Shown here: positions 27,349-40,618 of the stretch, in pieces
How the letters are laid out: every line of letters begins with the position of its first letter
Numbering within the stretch: the stretch's first letter is position 1
Assembly: GCA_036785375.1 (NCBI GenBank)
Contig: JAWMAR010001797.1
Coordinates: forward strand, 1 to 64,000
Length of the DNA: 64,000 bases
Direction of reading: 5' to 3'
Source: Leucoraja ocellata
Taxonomy: Eukaryota
Program-made: the position numbers and the translations under genes
The notes under the pieces: model-generated
Seen by the model: only the letters and a program-made list of their open reading frames with translations
The model's database searches: none
What the model was told of the DNA's origin: nothing

Positions 27349-28284
27349 CTATCTCACTAGTGGAAGTAACAACTCTATCCAGACGATTCACTTTTCGGTA
27401 AATTTCCCCCTCGCCTTTCTAAACTCTAGTGAGTACCAGCCCAGTGCCGCCAAACGCTCATCGTATGTTAACCCAATCATTTGTGGATCATTCTCGTAAA
27501 CCTCGTCCCTATCATCTCGAACGCCATCACGTCATTCCTCGGATATGGGGCCAACAATTGCACACATTATTCCAAATACGGTCTGACCAGTGTCTTATAA
27601 AGCCACAGCATTACATCCCTGTCTTTGTATTCTAGACCTATCAATCATTGCAAACATCGCATTCACCTTCCTTACTACCAATTCGACTTGCAAATTAACT
27701 TTTATGGAAGCTTTTAGTGTTGGTGCTCCCAAGTCCCTTTGAGCACCGATTGCTGAATTCTTGGAGCCACTCGGCATCTCGGGCAGCACATGTGGAAACA
27801 CAATAGTTTCGTTTCCAATGCGGGTCCATTCATAAGTACCGGTAGACGAGAAAACGAGTTAGCTCTGAAAGAACTGAAACTCTGATGCTATGAGGCCAAA
27901 ACGAGTGAACGTTGCAGTCGGTTTAAATGTTAGGATAACGTTGCGCTCGTTTGCTTTCAGTCCTCCATTTGTGACCATATTCCATGGAATTGTTCCTGCT
28001 CCCTCCCTGGCTTCATCACATCCTTCTTATGTCGTGTTGACCAGAACTGGGCACAATACTTCACATGTGGCCGAAGTAATCTTTTGTTCAACGGTAATAA
28101 ATCTCATTACTTTTACTCAATCCATACGTTAATGAATGCAATCATGTCATATGACTTCTTTACCACCCTGTTTCATTGTGATCCCATTTTCAAAGAACTG
28201 CTTTCCAGTAGTCATAATATCTCTCTGACGATCAAACTCAAAGTCATTTACGTTCACTGGATGTGGCCTATCCTGCAGGGCTCA

Positions 28285-29855
28285 TATAACCATATAACCA
28301 TATAACAATTACAGCACGGAAACAGGCCATCTCGACCCTTCTAGTTCGTGCCGAACACGTATTCTCCCCTAGACCCATATATCTGCGCTCAGACCATAAC
28401 CCTCCATTCCTTTCCCGTGCATATAACTATCCAATTTATTTTTAAATGATAAAAAACGAACCTGCCTCCACCACCTTCACTGGAAGCTCAATCCACTCAG
28501 CCACCACTCTCTGAGTAAAGAAGTTCCCCCTCATGTTACCCGAAAACTTCAGTCCCTTAATTCTCAAGTCATGTCCCCTTATTTGAATCTTCCCTACTCT
28601 CAGTGGGAAAAGCTTATCCACGTCAACTCTGTCTATCCCTCTCATCATTTTAAAGACCTCTATCAAGTCCACTCCCTTAACCTCCTGCGCTCCAAAGAAT
28701 ACAGCCCTAACTTGTTCAACCTTTCTCTGTAACTTAGTTGCTGAAACCCAGGCAACATTCTAGTAAATCACCTCTGTACTCTCTCTATTTTGTTGACATC
28801 CTTCCTATAATTAGGCGACCAACATTGTACACCATACTCCAGAATTGGCCTCACCAATGCCTTGTACAATTTAACATTACATCCCAACTTCTATACTCAA
28901 TGCTCTGATTTATAAAGGCCAGCACACCAAAAGCTTTCTTTACCACCCTATCTACATGAGATTCTACTTTCAGGGAACTGTGCACATAAACCTCTTTCTC
29001 CAGCGCCGGGAACAGCGGAGGCTGGAACCCGTAGGCACATTGGAAAGGGGAGAGCCCCAGTGGCCGATCTTGTCAGGGTGATGTGGGCATACTCCACCTA
29101 TCTTGGTATCATCTGCATACTTACTAATCCAATTTACCACACCGTCATCCAGATCATTGATGTACATGACAAACAACAAAGGACCCAACACCGATCCCTG
29201 AGGCACCCCACTTGTCACCTGCCCCCAACCCGACAAACAACCATCCACCATTATCCTCTGGCTTCTCCCATTCAGCACTGTTGCTACCCATCTTGCTACT
29301 CCTGCATTTATACCCAACAGTTGAACCTTCTTAACCAACCTTCCATGAGGAACCTTGTCAAAGGCCTTACTAAAGTCAATATAGACAACATCCACTGCTT
29401 TACCCTCGTCAATTTCCCTAGTAACCATTTCAAAAAATTCAAGAAGATTAGTCAAACATGACCTTCCAGGCACAAATCCATGCTGACTGTTCCTATTCAG
29501 ACCCTGTTTATCCAAATGCTTATATATATTATCTCTAAGTATCTTTTCCGTTAATTTGCCCACCACTGAAGTCAAACTAACAGGCCTATAATTGGTAGGT
29601 TTACTCTTAGAACCCTTTTTAAACAATGGAACAACATGCGCAGTACGCCAATCCTCGGGGACTATTCCCGTTTCTAATGACATTTGAAATATTTATGTCA
29701 CAGCCCCGGCTATTTCTACACTAACTTCCCTCAATGTCCTAGGGAATATCCTGTCAGAACCTGGAGATTTATCCACTTTTATATTTTTCAAAAGTGTCAG
29801 TACGTCTTTTACTTTGAAACTCATAGTATCCATAGCTACTCTACTAGTTTCCATT
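28285..29855 (-). mobile_element. 5'-truncated CR1 LINE, decayed and chimeric
   Basis: ORFs 28970-29683 and 29693-29896 have RT motifs (YADD, PQGSVLGP); (CCATATAA)n tail at 28285-28306; unrelated ~100-bp segment at ~28987-29090. Confidence 0.9.
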
Positions 29856-31714
29856 CTCATAAATGCGAAACATTTTGCGATGCACCTGAGAACCAATGAA
29901 ACATAAACCTATCCTCAGTGCTACCTCTGCCGCTGCACATAGGTATTTGGTCTTACCCTCTGAGAGATATTCATATTTTCTATCCTCCGCTCACCGATTT
30001 AAACGAACTTACCTTCAACTTTTCCAGCTCTGATGAAGCGTCCCAAAGCTGTTACGTTAATCGTTTACCTTTCCTCAGTTAATGAATGGCCAGATGAGGT
30101 TTTGCGGCCTTGTCTGTTAGTGGTTTTATAGAGATGAGATTTCATAGTTGGGTCAAATGAGTTGACGTAATTGTATATCGCTCTGCAGCCGAAATTATTA
30201 AGAAAAAAAAGAAGCCACATTTGGCAATATAACATACCATTAAAAAATAATAATTCGGCATTTAAAAGCTAACTGGCCCATCTCCAGAATTATGTTAATA
30301 CAAAGATTTCCGAATCACACTTTGCTTTGATTTTATTCCTTATATTATTTCCTAATTGTTCATGTTTACTTGTACTAATTTGGCACGTATTGTTACAATT
30401 AATATTCCTTGTCTTAGAATTTGATATTTGCTAGGTTCGCGTGACGCAATCATTAATAACCATATCTGCAGATAGGAAATAAAAAATCCCAAATTCAAAG
30501 TAGCAAGAAAATTGGTATCCAATCAGTATTTGACCACTGTGGCTTCGGAAATCCTTCGTAAATTTTCATTCAGTGGAGTTGCTGACGAATGGGTGCTTTG
30601 CGATTAACCTGCAACCTGCCAGGATGTAAAAATCTTGCCCACTTCACCACTATAATCTTCCGTAGAATGAGTGTGCGGATATTTTAACAGATCAGACGTA
30701 GACCAGGCAGTCTTGTCGACGATATAGTACAAGAGACGATGGAGTAAAGCACAAATAAGATATAGCAGGAAAGAGCTGTGAAACAGCATCAAAGGTGAAG
30801 TGCGTAAAATGAGCTAGGCGCATCAGTATTATTGCGGGAATTAAAATAGTAGAATAACGGAAGCAGCTCGCGTCTGGCCTAACGCATTGAAGGCCTTCAA
30901 TTTTATGCCAAAGGATAAAATCTTGCTGTGTTTCGATTTGCAACTAATTTATTTTGACATTAATTGCTCCCTTCCTGGGATATCAATTTTAATGTTTCTG
31001 TCGACAATGACATGTAAAATCCCAGCTACGAAATTACGAATGGCGTTTATTGTAAAGCTTAAATTTAGGCGACAGGTTTGGTAACTAGAAATATTTTTTT
31101 CTCGAAGGATAAATAAAGATTAATAAAGAAAGCTCCATGGATCAATGCGTCATTGGGTCCCTTATGTGGGGATTGCACGAAGTGAATGTGTGGAAGGAAA
31201 GCACAATGAAACAGCGATTCACAAATTAAAGAGGACTTCAGAAATTCACCAACTCTTCCGCGTCCCAGCACGCACCGATACCTAAGTTCGTAATATCGGT
31301 CTGATTTCCTGGATTATAATGAGCGCAGTAATGCAGACACATCTGACAGAAGCAATCCAAATATACAATTTTTCTAAATTTTAAGTGACGGTAGGAAAAA
31401 GCGCCTGATAATAACTTCTTGATTTGGAGTTGACGATTCTCTTATGCGTGAACTCTTTACTTGAAAGGCAAAATCGCTTAATCAGCTGGTGACATTGAAA
31501 GCGTTCAAAAAAAATCACTAACTCGCTTTAATCTCCTAAAATTAACACAAACATGATAAAGAATATCTACTTAAACAAGGTCTCCCTTGCTTAATTTGTT
31601 GGTATGGGAACAATATTAGACTGCAACAGACCAAAGTGTTAATGGAATTCAGCCGGTCAGCTCGCATCCTCTAGCACTTTGTGTTTAGTTCTAGATTCCA
31701 ACTACTGCAATTAG

Positions 31715-32281
31715 GTTAGGCAAGGGGGGGGGGGGGGGGGGGGGGGGTGCAGCGAGACCTGGGCGTCCTTGTACACCGGTCACTGAAAGTTGGCTTACAG
31801 GTACAACAGGCAATGAAGAAACCTAATGGAATATGAGAAAAGATTGAAAAGACTAGGCTTGTATTCACTGGAGTTTAGAAGGATGAGGGGGAAACCTTAT
31901 AGAAACATGTAAAATTATAAAAGGACTGGGAAAGCTAGATGTAGGAAAAATGTTCCCAATGTTGGGCGAGTCCAGAACTAGGGGCCACAATCTTATAATA
32001 AAGGGGAGGTCATTTAAGACTGAGGTGAGAAAAAACATTTTCACCCAGAGAGTTGTGAATTTATGGAATTCCCTATCACAGAGGGCAGTGGAGGCCAAAT
32101 CACTGGATGGATTTAAGAGAGAGCTAGATAGAGCTCTAGGGGCTAGTGGAGTCAAGGGATATGGGGAGAAGGCAGCACGGGTTATTGATAGGGGACGATC
32201 AGCCATGATCACAATAAATTGCGATGCTGGCTCGAAGGGCCGAATGGCCTCGTCCTGCACCTATGTTGTATGTTTCTATGC
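31715..32281 (+). mobile_element. CR1 3' fragments with internal deletion
   Basis: FPMLGESRTRGH…FTQRVVNLWNSL CR1 ORF2 C-terminus, 3' UTR and tatgtttctatg tail; sister at ~60205-60748. Confidence 0.85.
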
Positions 32282-32285
32282 AGTT

Positions 32286-32535
32286 GGGTGAAACATTCTG
32301 GACAAAATGCCAACGCGCCTGTAATGGTTTCACCCTCGGACCAGGGTGGATCAGCAGCACTGGAGGCCGTAACCCAGTCAGCGGGTTCAGGGGTACCTGA
32401 TCAGCAAAATAATCGCATAGATGCCGATTCTGGTCAGACATTTCGGATCTTTTTTTATCAGAAGGTGAAATCTATCGATCCTAGTTTTTTTCAACGTTGG
32501 GCAAAATTCCGGTAAAAGTCAAACAACGCGCAATA
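32286..32535 (+). pseudogene. Isolated decayed Pcdh fragment (end of EC5 to first part of EC6)
   Basis: Aligns to 17216-17466 (ILDQNDNAPVIVSP…QSAGQGYL…DADSGQN…GQNSG) with several indels; sister at ~60753-61005. Confidence 0.8.
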
Positions 32536-34250
32536 CTCTGATCTTCTAGTTTTTCCCTCGATAACGTAAACCCGCATAACCTGGCAACGTTCTTGGGTGT
32601 CTGGCCTGCTCCCTCTCAGGCGTAACCAAACTATTTCTGTAAGATGATGACTAGCTCTGTAAACAATAATTCAAATCCAGCCAAATCTATGCTTTGTGCA
32701 TCAGTAACACTTCTCAGCTCTTTCATCCAGTACCGCTGCCGATGAAGCCGACCATGTCCATTACCTTCTTTGCACCCCTGTCTATTTATGCTCCCATGTT
32801 TAAAGACCAAATCTAGTTTACCCCAATTCGCTGTCCGTTTATTACCATGAACATATCAATTTCCCTTGTTATTAATCATGTACCACAGAAGCAATGAAGC
32901 ATTGTGTGTCCTAAGAGCTGCTCCGACGAGTTTATATATTTATTTGGTGGTGGCCTTTGAGAGATTCCTATTTTCTCTCCTTTACTTCCCCATCCTCACA
33001 CCTACTGAAAAACAGTCTATTTCCATTCTTGTTGTCACCTCTAGTTTTTCGTGTTCATTCGGAATGTTTGTAAGTTTTATTACAATTACTCGGTTGATAT
33101 TGATTTGATTACAATATGATTTTTGCTAGTTTCGCATGGTTCAGTCAATGGAAATAGATTGTGTGGTTATGGAATATAAAATGTGAAACCCAGCTAACTG
33201 AAGAAAGACGTATAACTGACTCCCAATTAGACTATTGTGTCATCAGATATCTTCAGAAAATGTTCAATCTGTGGTGAACATGACAAATGCATTCCTTTTG
33301 ATTAAGATTCTTTCCAGAACATTAAGAACTTGTCCCTCTCAAACATTGCTCGGATCATGCACGATGTTGATCGTCCACTGCAAACTCCAGCAGCAGAATT
33401 GAAATAAGAATTTAAAAAATATATATATCCTGCGGTGATTCACATAACGATAACTATTTTCCATGCTTCCCACAATATCTGTCGGGTTTTGTGCTTGTGA
33501 AACTGATGCAGGGAAGATTTACATTTTACCATTACCTCACAATACCCTGAGTGACGTGTTGCGTCGAGACTGGAAAAGAGTCTCGACCCGAAACGTCATA
33601 CATTCCTTCTCTCCAGAGATGTTGCCTGTCCCGCTGAGCTTCTCCAGCTTTTTGTGTCTATCTTCGGATTAAACCGGTATCTGCTGTTCATCCTTACACC
33701 TCACAATGTTTATGCATGCACGTGTCAATAAACCCGGTTTGATTGGACGTGACGATGCATTTCACCAACAATCATTCCCTTTATAGAGGTATTTGGTTCA
33801 GCAATTAGCCAATCGAAAGCATTGTGTTCACGAACACCTTCTCCGCTATCTGGAAAGTGATAATCAAATTATGATTATGTCCTTTGATCGCTAAAGAGGT
33901 CAACTTTGCTTTAAAATTATTTTCGTTGGAATGGGCATAATCATATCAAAGGAAATTATGCAGTCGTTATATGAATATATTTTCTTACTACCCGGATGAG
34001 CGATTATAAGAGTTCCAACAACTGTAAACAAAGACGATATATCCGATAATCTATTTATGGAGCAAGGAACATTTGTTGGGAATATCGCTGTGCATTCTAA
34101 CAGACGGACAGAATGTTTTAGTAATAACCCTATCCGGATGTGCCTGATGTGATATTCGAAGTTAAACGTAAAACAAAGCTACTTCTTCAAACGTTTATTT
34201 ATTTAGGGCATTTTATGGTTGCACACAATTAAATGTGCAGGAGAGCGGTA

Positions 34251-34349
34251 CAGCTTTAAGAATTGTAGCTGCAGTTGTTGAAAAGAACTGGTCGTGTCGC
34301 TGTCTACCAATGAGAAGCTCGAGTACGCAGATGGATCCATTGCCCCTCC
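34251..34349 (+). promoter_or_regulatory. Pcdh promoter CSE block
   Basis: CGCT at 34298, 261 bp before the ATG at 34559. Confidence 0.85.
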
Positions 34350-34558
34350 CACATCTCTAGAATAAAAACGCCAGACCCGACGACAGAGACGAGCTGTGCC
34401 TGCGTTTCCATTGCCGAAACAAGCTGAGGAGGATACATTTCCCGTCTGTTTAGATTGGGGATTGGAAATATATAAGATTTTTTTATCTGGTGCGTGGACC
34501 ATCTGCACGGATTAACCGAGGAGAGGCCTAGTCTTGGACTTTGACGGGGCGCGGAACA

Positions 34559-36668
34559 ATGGCGTATCTATCGAGCTTTGCTTTCACTGTGTTTGCTTGC
34601 ATATTTGCGATATGTCGACCTGGTCTTATCTCCGGGCAAATTCGCTATTCTATTCCCGAGGAAATGGAGCAAGGTGCATTTGTTGGGAATGTCGCTGTGG
34701 ATTTGAGCCTGAGTGTACATCAATTATCAGCTCGCAAATTCCGACTGAGCTCCGATGACGGAGGGCGATACATGAAGGTTAGTTTGGACAATGGAATCAT
34801 GAGTATTCGTGAAAGAATCGACCGGGAACGTATTTGTGGACAGAATGATCAATGTACTATACGTTTCGAAACAATACTGGAAAACCCTTTGGAGGTGTAT
34901 GAAGGGGAATTGGAGATTCTTGACGTAAATGACAATTCCCCCACTTTCCCGCAGGGGGGCATTGCTTTGCAGATGTCAGAAGCGAGTGCACCCGGTGCAC
35001 GTTTCCGAGTCGAGAGCGCGGATGATCCGGACATTGGTACAAATACCGTGGCCGCTTACACAATCGGTTCGAGTGATCACTTTAGCCTAAGAACACAGAA
35101 AACCGAGAGCGGCATTATAATTGTCGAATTGCTCTTGGAGAAATATTTGGACCGAGAACTACAATCATCATTTCAACTCTTGCTTACTGCGACTGACGGC
35201 GGGACCCCTCAGAGATCAGCCACAACTCAGATTCTCATTACTGTACTGGACTTCAATGATAATCCACCTGTGTTCGATCATGATATTTACAGAGGTAGCA
35301 TCAGAGAGAACGCGCCTCGGGGTACGTTGGTGCTGAAAGTCAAAGCAATTGATTTGGACGAAGGACTGAATGCGGACCTGACATATCGTTTTAGTGATGT
35401 TGCTTTGCGAAGAGCGCAAAATGTTTTCAGTTTGGAACCAGGCACCGGGGAGATTCGAGTCCAACAACCACTAGATTTTGAAGAAGTAAACAGCTATTCT
35501 CTCGATATTCAAGCCCAGGACCACGGTTCCCCTGCAATGACAGGACACTCCAATGTACTGATCGAAGTCACTGATGTGAACGACAACGCACCTGAGATAA
35601 AGGTAACTTCAGCTTCCAACAAAATCCAGGAAAATGCGCCACCAGGAAGTTTCATATCCCTGATTAATGTGATGGACCGTGATTCAGGAGCGAACGGTCA
35701 AGTACGTTGCGAGATACAAAAGAACGTCCCATTTCGACTGCAAAGGACATCGAACCACTATAAATTAACCACGAGTGAAACGTTGGATCGTGAAGCCATC
35801 TCTGAGTATGACATACTTATTTCAGCCTGGGACTTGGGGTCGCCGTCACTTTCATCAAATAAAACCATCCGGATTGCAATTTCAGACGTTAATGATAACG
35901 CACCGCAGTTCGGTGATGCATCCTACAACGTATATGTAATGGAGAATAACCCTCCGGGTGCATTCATTTTTACAGTGACTGCAACGGATCCCGATCTGGA
36001 TCAGAATTCCTATGTTTCCTACTCCGTTCTCGATAATCATATCCAAAACATGCCAGTATCCACTTATGTCACTATTAACACAATGAACGGTACTATTTAC
36101 GCGCTGCGTTCCTTTGACCATGAGGAACTCAAGAACTTCCAGATCCGTATACAAGCCCGTAAATGTCAATATTATGCAGTCAGATACTGTTGTACAAACT
36201 CTAGTCATCTTGGTTAAGGACAATGGGCAGCCAAGCCTGACCAGCACAGTTACAATCCACGTTAGAATTTTGTGGAACAGCACTGAAGGAACCGGCGAAA
36301 GCAGTACCTTGGTGAAGACTCCAGAATATTTCTCTGATCCAAACGCTTATTTAATCATCATTTTCAGTTGCACTTCAGTGATCTTTCTTCTGATCATCGT
36401 TCTGTTGATTGGCATCAAGTGTAAACAGGACAGAATTAATATCCAAGATTATAACTCCCCTAATTATTCTTACAATCATGCGGGTTCTCACGGCACGCTT
36501 AATGGGAGATCTGCCATGGAGGAAACTTTACGCTATCCTGGGACGGGCCGGGTACTCCGTTTGCAAGAGCCGAATCAATACTCGGTCTGTCTTTCTCCAG
36601 AGTCAGCGAAAAGCGATTTTCTCTTCTTGAAGCCATGCGGCGCACCCACCTCTCAAGCCCAATGCTAA
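34559..36668 (+). pseudogene. Clustered-type protocadherin unit 5 (divergent subgroup) with a ~275-bp frameshifting deletion at 36160/36161
   Basis: ORF is open from EC1 to EC5 (…IQAR), then jumps to mid-EC6; the missing part corresponds to 17181-17455 of unit 3; TM and tail lie in a separate frame (36114-36668). Confidence 0.85.
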
Positions 36669-39600
36669 ATAACACTGATGCGTAGATTAAGGAATGCCAA
36701 TTTTGTGTGCGGCCATTTTATTTCTGGCCGGAAATATGAATCAGTGCGAGTTAAATATTTTTAAAAACATTCCTTTATTGCATTTTTTTCTCTATCGCTT
36801 AAATGGGAGTACAATTGTTAAACATATAATTTTCCTACAACTGGAATGAAAACATTTTGAAATTGTATCTTTTATTTCTAAAGGCAGTCCTGCTGTCTCG
36901 GGATAATGTGCATAGACGTGTTGCCATTTAGTTTATTACGCAAAGTGTCTGGGCACCTGGATCCACTACGTATTAATAAGGGAAACTTGCTTTGAATAAT
37001 TTGCTGATTGCGCACCGACGCGTTCTATGAAAATTGTTGATAGTTCGTGATACAAATAATACATGTAATAATAATGAGCAGGTGAAGGAAATAATTAAGC
37101 TCGTATAGTTGAAAAATAAGTGATGGCAGATGCTGAAATTGTGAGCACAACTGCCTGGAGGAAATCGATGAGTCAGGCAGCAACTGGAGCCAGATGACGT
37201 TTGGTGTCGAGCCCTTAGTGACGACAGGAGAAGAACCTTGTTGGTAGAAACAGAAGAGGGGAAGGCTCAGGACAAACTATATCAAGTGGTAGTTGGATCT
37301 AGTTGAGGAGGGATTTTTTGGCAGTGGTTCATGTAGAGGATAGCATTGGTTGAGGAAAACTGGCCGAATCTCCATTCTTAGATGAATCGGGATGTCCTGA
37401 TGTCATCCTGATGCGGAATGGGCATGCAAAGCGACGTCATCCCTGGTAAAAATGAACATTGCCAAACAATATGCAAGTTATTAAAGTGATGGAGAGCATG
37501 TTTGGTGAGATTGAAGCACTAAGCATGTTGGGCTGCATATGTGGGGAAAAGTAGCATCCTACTTTGAGAAACGGTCAGTTTGCCACACTGATGAAAAAGT
37601 GAAACCACTTTAGTTTGGAAGTAGCGGAACAGGTGAATATGACTGAAATACATGTATTGTGTCTGAAAGGGAGGAGAAAAAATGAACGAAAGTAGTAGCA
37701 GGCGTAACTGAGGTTCAAATTGTACTTTTTGCTCTGTGTTAGGAACTTCTAACGCCCAGCAATCATGAATGGATACTTTCTTAGTATCTTCTCACTACCC
37801 ACCCTCTTGGATGGAACAAGAACAGGGTTTCTCAATGTGTTATCTTCCACTCACAGGCTTTTACATTCAATGCAACTTGCATACATTCAAACAAAATTCC
37901 GTCACTGAGTACAGATTCCCCATCCCTGCCTGTTTAGCAGTTCAAACGTATCATTCATTCATCAATGTATGTGCTAGTTAACTGACCATACTGGCAACGC
38001 ACCATACGTTCGCAGTTTTCGTTTGCTTAACTGTTTCATTCACATTTCCACACTAGCTAACCCGTTTGTCTCTGATTTCCAGCAACGTTGGAACACATTA
38101 CAAAGCAAAGGCGCACACTTGAAAAAAAAGCAGCACCTCGTCTCCCAAATGGACAAGTTGCAATCTTCGAGAACTCGCCACACTTGTTTGTTATCATTTC
38201 AGTTTAGTATTTCATTCTTGTTTGGGGAGGTGTAGATCATAGCAACAGACCACTCAGCACATCGCATCTAAGCCGACCATCATATTTACCTGTACAAATT
38301 CCACCATCGCGTAAATTCCATATGCATCAATTCCCTACATATGCACATTTCCATTCTGTGCCGTTTAAATACTTACCTCTTCCACCTCCACCACCTACAC
38401 TGCAATCTCAATCCACATGCCATATTCCCTTTTTCTGAAATGATTAGCCAACTGGTCCACTCTCACCGCACTCCATCTGATCTTAAAATTATCTTCTAGT
38501 TTTGGACCGCCCTACCTTTGGAAATGGCTATTGGCCATCTACCCTGTCTGAGCCGCTCATGATTCTATGTATCTCTAACATTGGTACCGGCCTATACAAT
38601 CTCCCCTAATGACGTAAACCTTCCCATCCTGGCAACATTCTTTGAAGTGTGGCATGTCGCCTTTTTGGCCCAACCCAATCATTTATAATTTGTGTAAATC
38701 AATATCGAATTTGAATGGCTGTGACTCGGGCTAATGCCAGGGATTTTATAATTAACAGGTTCGTTCCAGGCATTCTTGTGATTTCAAGGCTGGTACTGTA
38801 TTGGGTTAATACATTCAAATAGATACAATTGTGGATTTGTGCAACCTGCAGTACGCGGTGGCCTATATATTCAAATCCAGCCATATTGGCCATACACCAC
38901 AGAAGCATAATTTGTCCCAACAGCCCTTCCAACCACTGTATATATTTATTTGGTCTTACCATCAGAGAGATTCCTACATTTTTCTTTCCCATCCTCGCTC
39001 TTACTGAAAAATAACGTCGTTGCATTATTTTATAGTTCCGGTAAAGGAGCGAAGGCCAGAAGCGTTAATTGTATTTCTTTCCTCGGGTGATATTTGAATC
39101 GGTGAGTGTTTTCAGCATTTCCAGCATTGTTGCACATGAATGCCACACACTGATTGTCGTATGTCTACAGGGCTCACAAATGAGAATTGTCGTGCAAAGT
39201 ACATCAGAAACGACGAAGTATAATCTTATCGTAAATGCCACCCTGCCGCTGCGAATACGCATTTGGTTTAAACTTCTGAAAGATATTAGTATTTTCTATC
39301 CCCCACTTCCCATTCACACTACTAATGAAAACAAACTTATTTTCAATGGTTGGCAATTCCGACGAAGGGGCCCAGGCCTGATTATTTAATTGATCTCTTT
39401 CCTTAGATAATCGTTGACCTGATGAATGTTTGCAGCCTTTTGTGTTGTTTTCCTTTATTGATGATATTTAATACTTGGGTCAATTGAGGCTTGAAGCTGG
39501 TTCTGTGTCTTTCTGCAACCGAAGTGATTTCGAAAGAGCATCCACATCTTGTGGTATAACTAATACTAAGTTTAAACTTAATTCAGCAACTAAAAACTTG

Positions 39601-40310
39601 CTGGGGCTCATGTCCAGGATTATCAGTCAATCACTCCCCAAAAAAGAATTATACTTCTTTGCTTGCATTCTATTTCTAATACAGTCATCTAGTTCTTCGT
39701 GTTCGCTTGTAATGAATTCGTAGCTTTATAATAATATCTCCTCAAATATGCATTGCTGCCTGTTTAGTAGTGCAAGAACAATATGGAACTCTAACAAAAC
39801 ACAAAGTATTGGAGGAACGCAACGGATCTGGCAGCATCTGTCGGAGAAATGGACAGTCAACGTATCGTGTCCAGGACGCTTTTCCGATATATTGCAGATG
39901 CTGCGCACCATGCTTTCCTCCAGCACTGTGTATTTTGCTTAAGATTAATGCGACGGCAATTTCTTATGTTTCTATTAATCTACCCCAGCAGCGAAGAACA
40001 AAAACGTACGAAGTTTCCAAATAAATATATTTTGATTCAATTCTTAACGGCAATTGCCAGACTCTGGCTCATGTTGTAGGGAATATTTTTCCGTCTGGTA
40101 TATTGGATCCCAGATGTAATGATGCAACCTATCTGTACATTTTTTGAGTGAATGGATCTATTCAGACGGTATGAAGCATTTTCAGGTCACAATGCCACCA
40201 AAACATGTCTGCTTTGACTTTCTAGGTTCAACGCGGAAAACAAATCAACCCGTTATTTGCAGGAATTAGCGTTTATGGTTTTTCACAGTTAAATATTTTG
40301 GGGAACAGTC

Positions 40311-40409
40311 CAGCTTTAAGAATTACAACTGTAGTTATTAAAAAGAACTGGTCGTGTCGCTGTCTACCAATGAGAAGCTCAAGTGCACAGATGGATCCAT
40401 TGCCCCTCC
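40311..40409 (+). promoter_or_regulatory. Pcdh promoter CSE block
   Basis: CGCT at 40358, 261 bp before the ATG at 40619. Confidence 0.85.
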
Positions 40410-40618
40410 CACTGCCCAGAACAAAAACGTCAGACGCGACGAGAAAGGCGAGCAGTGCCTGCGTTTTGATGGTGGGATCAAGCTGGGGAAGATAGATTTA
40501 CAGTGTGTTTCCTTACGGCTTTCAGAATATATATGACTTACATTATCTTGTAATAAGAATTTCTTTACGGATTACCCGAAGAGAGGCTTGGTTTTGGACA
40601 TTCGCAGACTACGGAACA

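Larger units (their letters stand above)
14106..39140 (+). repeat. Segmental tandem duplication, copy 1 (~25 kb, three Pcdh genes)
   Basis: Near-identity to 39141 onward begins at tgccac(t/a)cactgattgtcgtatgtc (14106 / 39141) and continues colinearly through all three genes. Confidence 0.9.
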
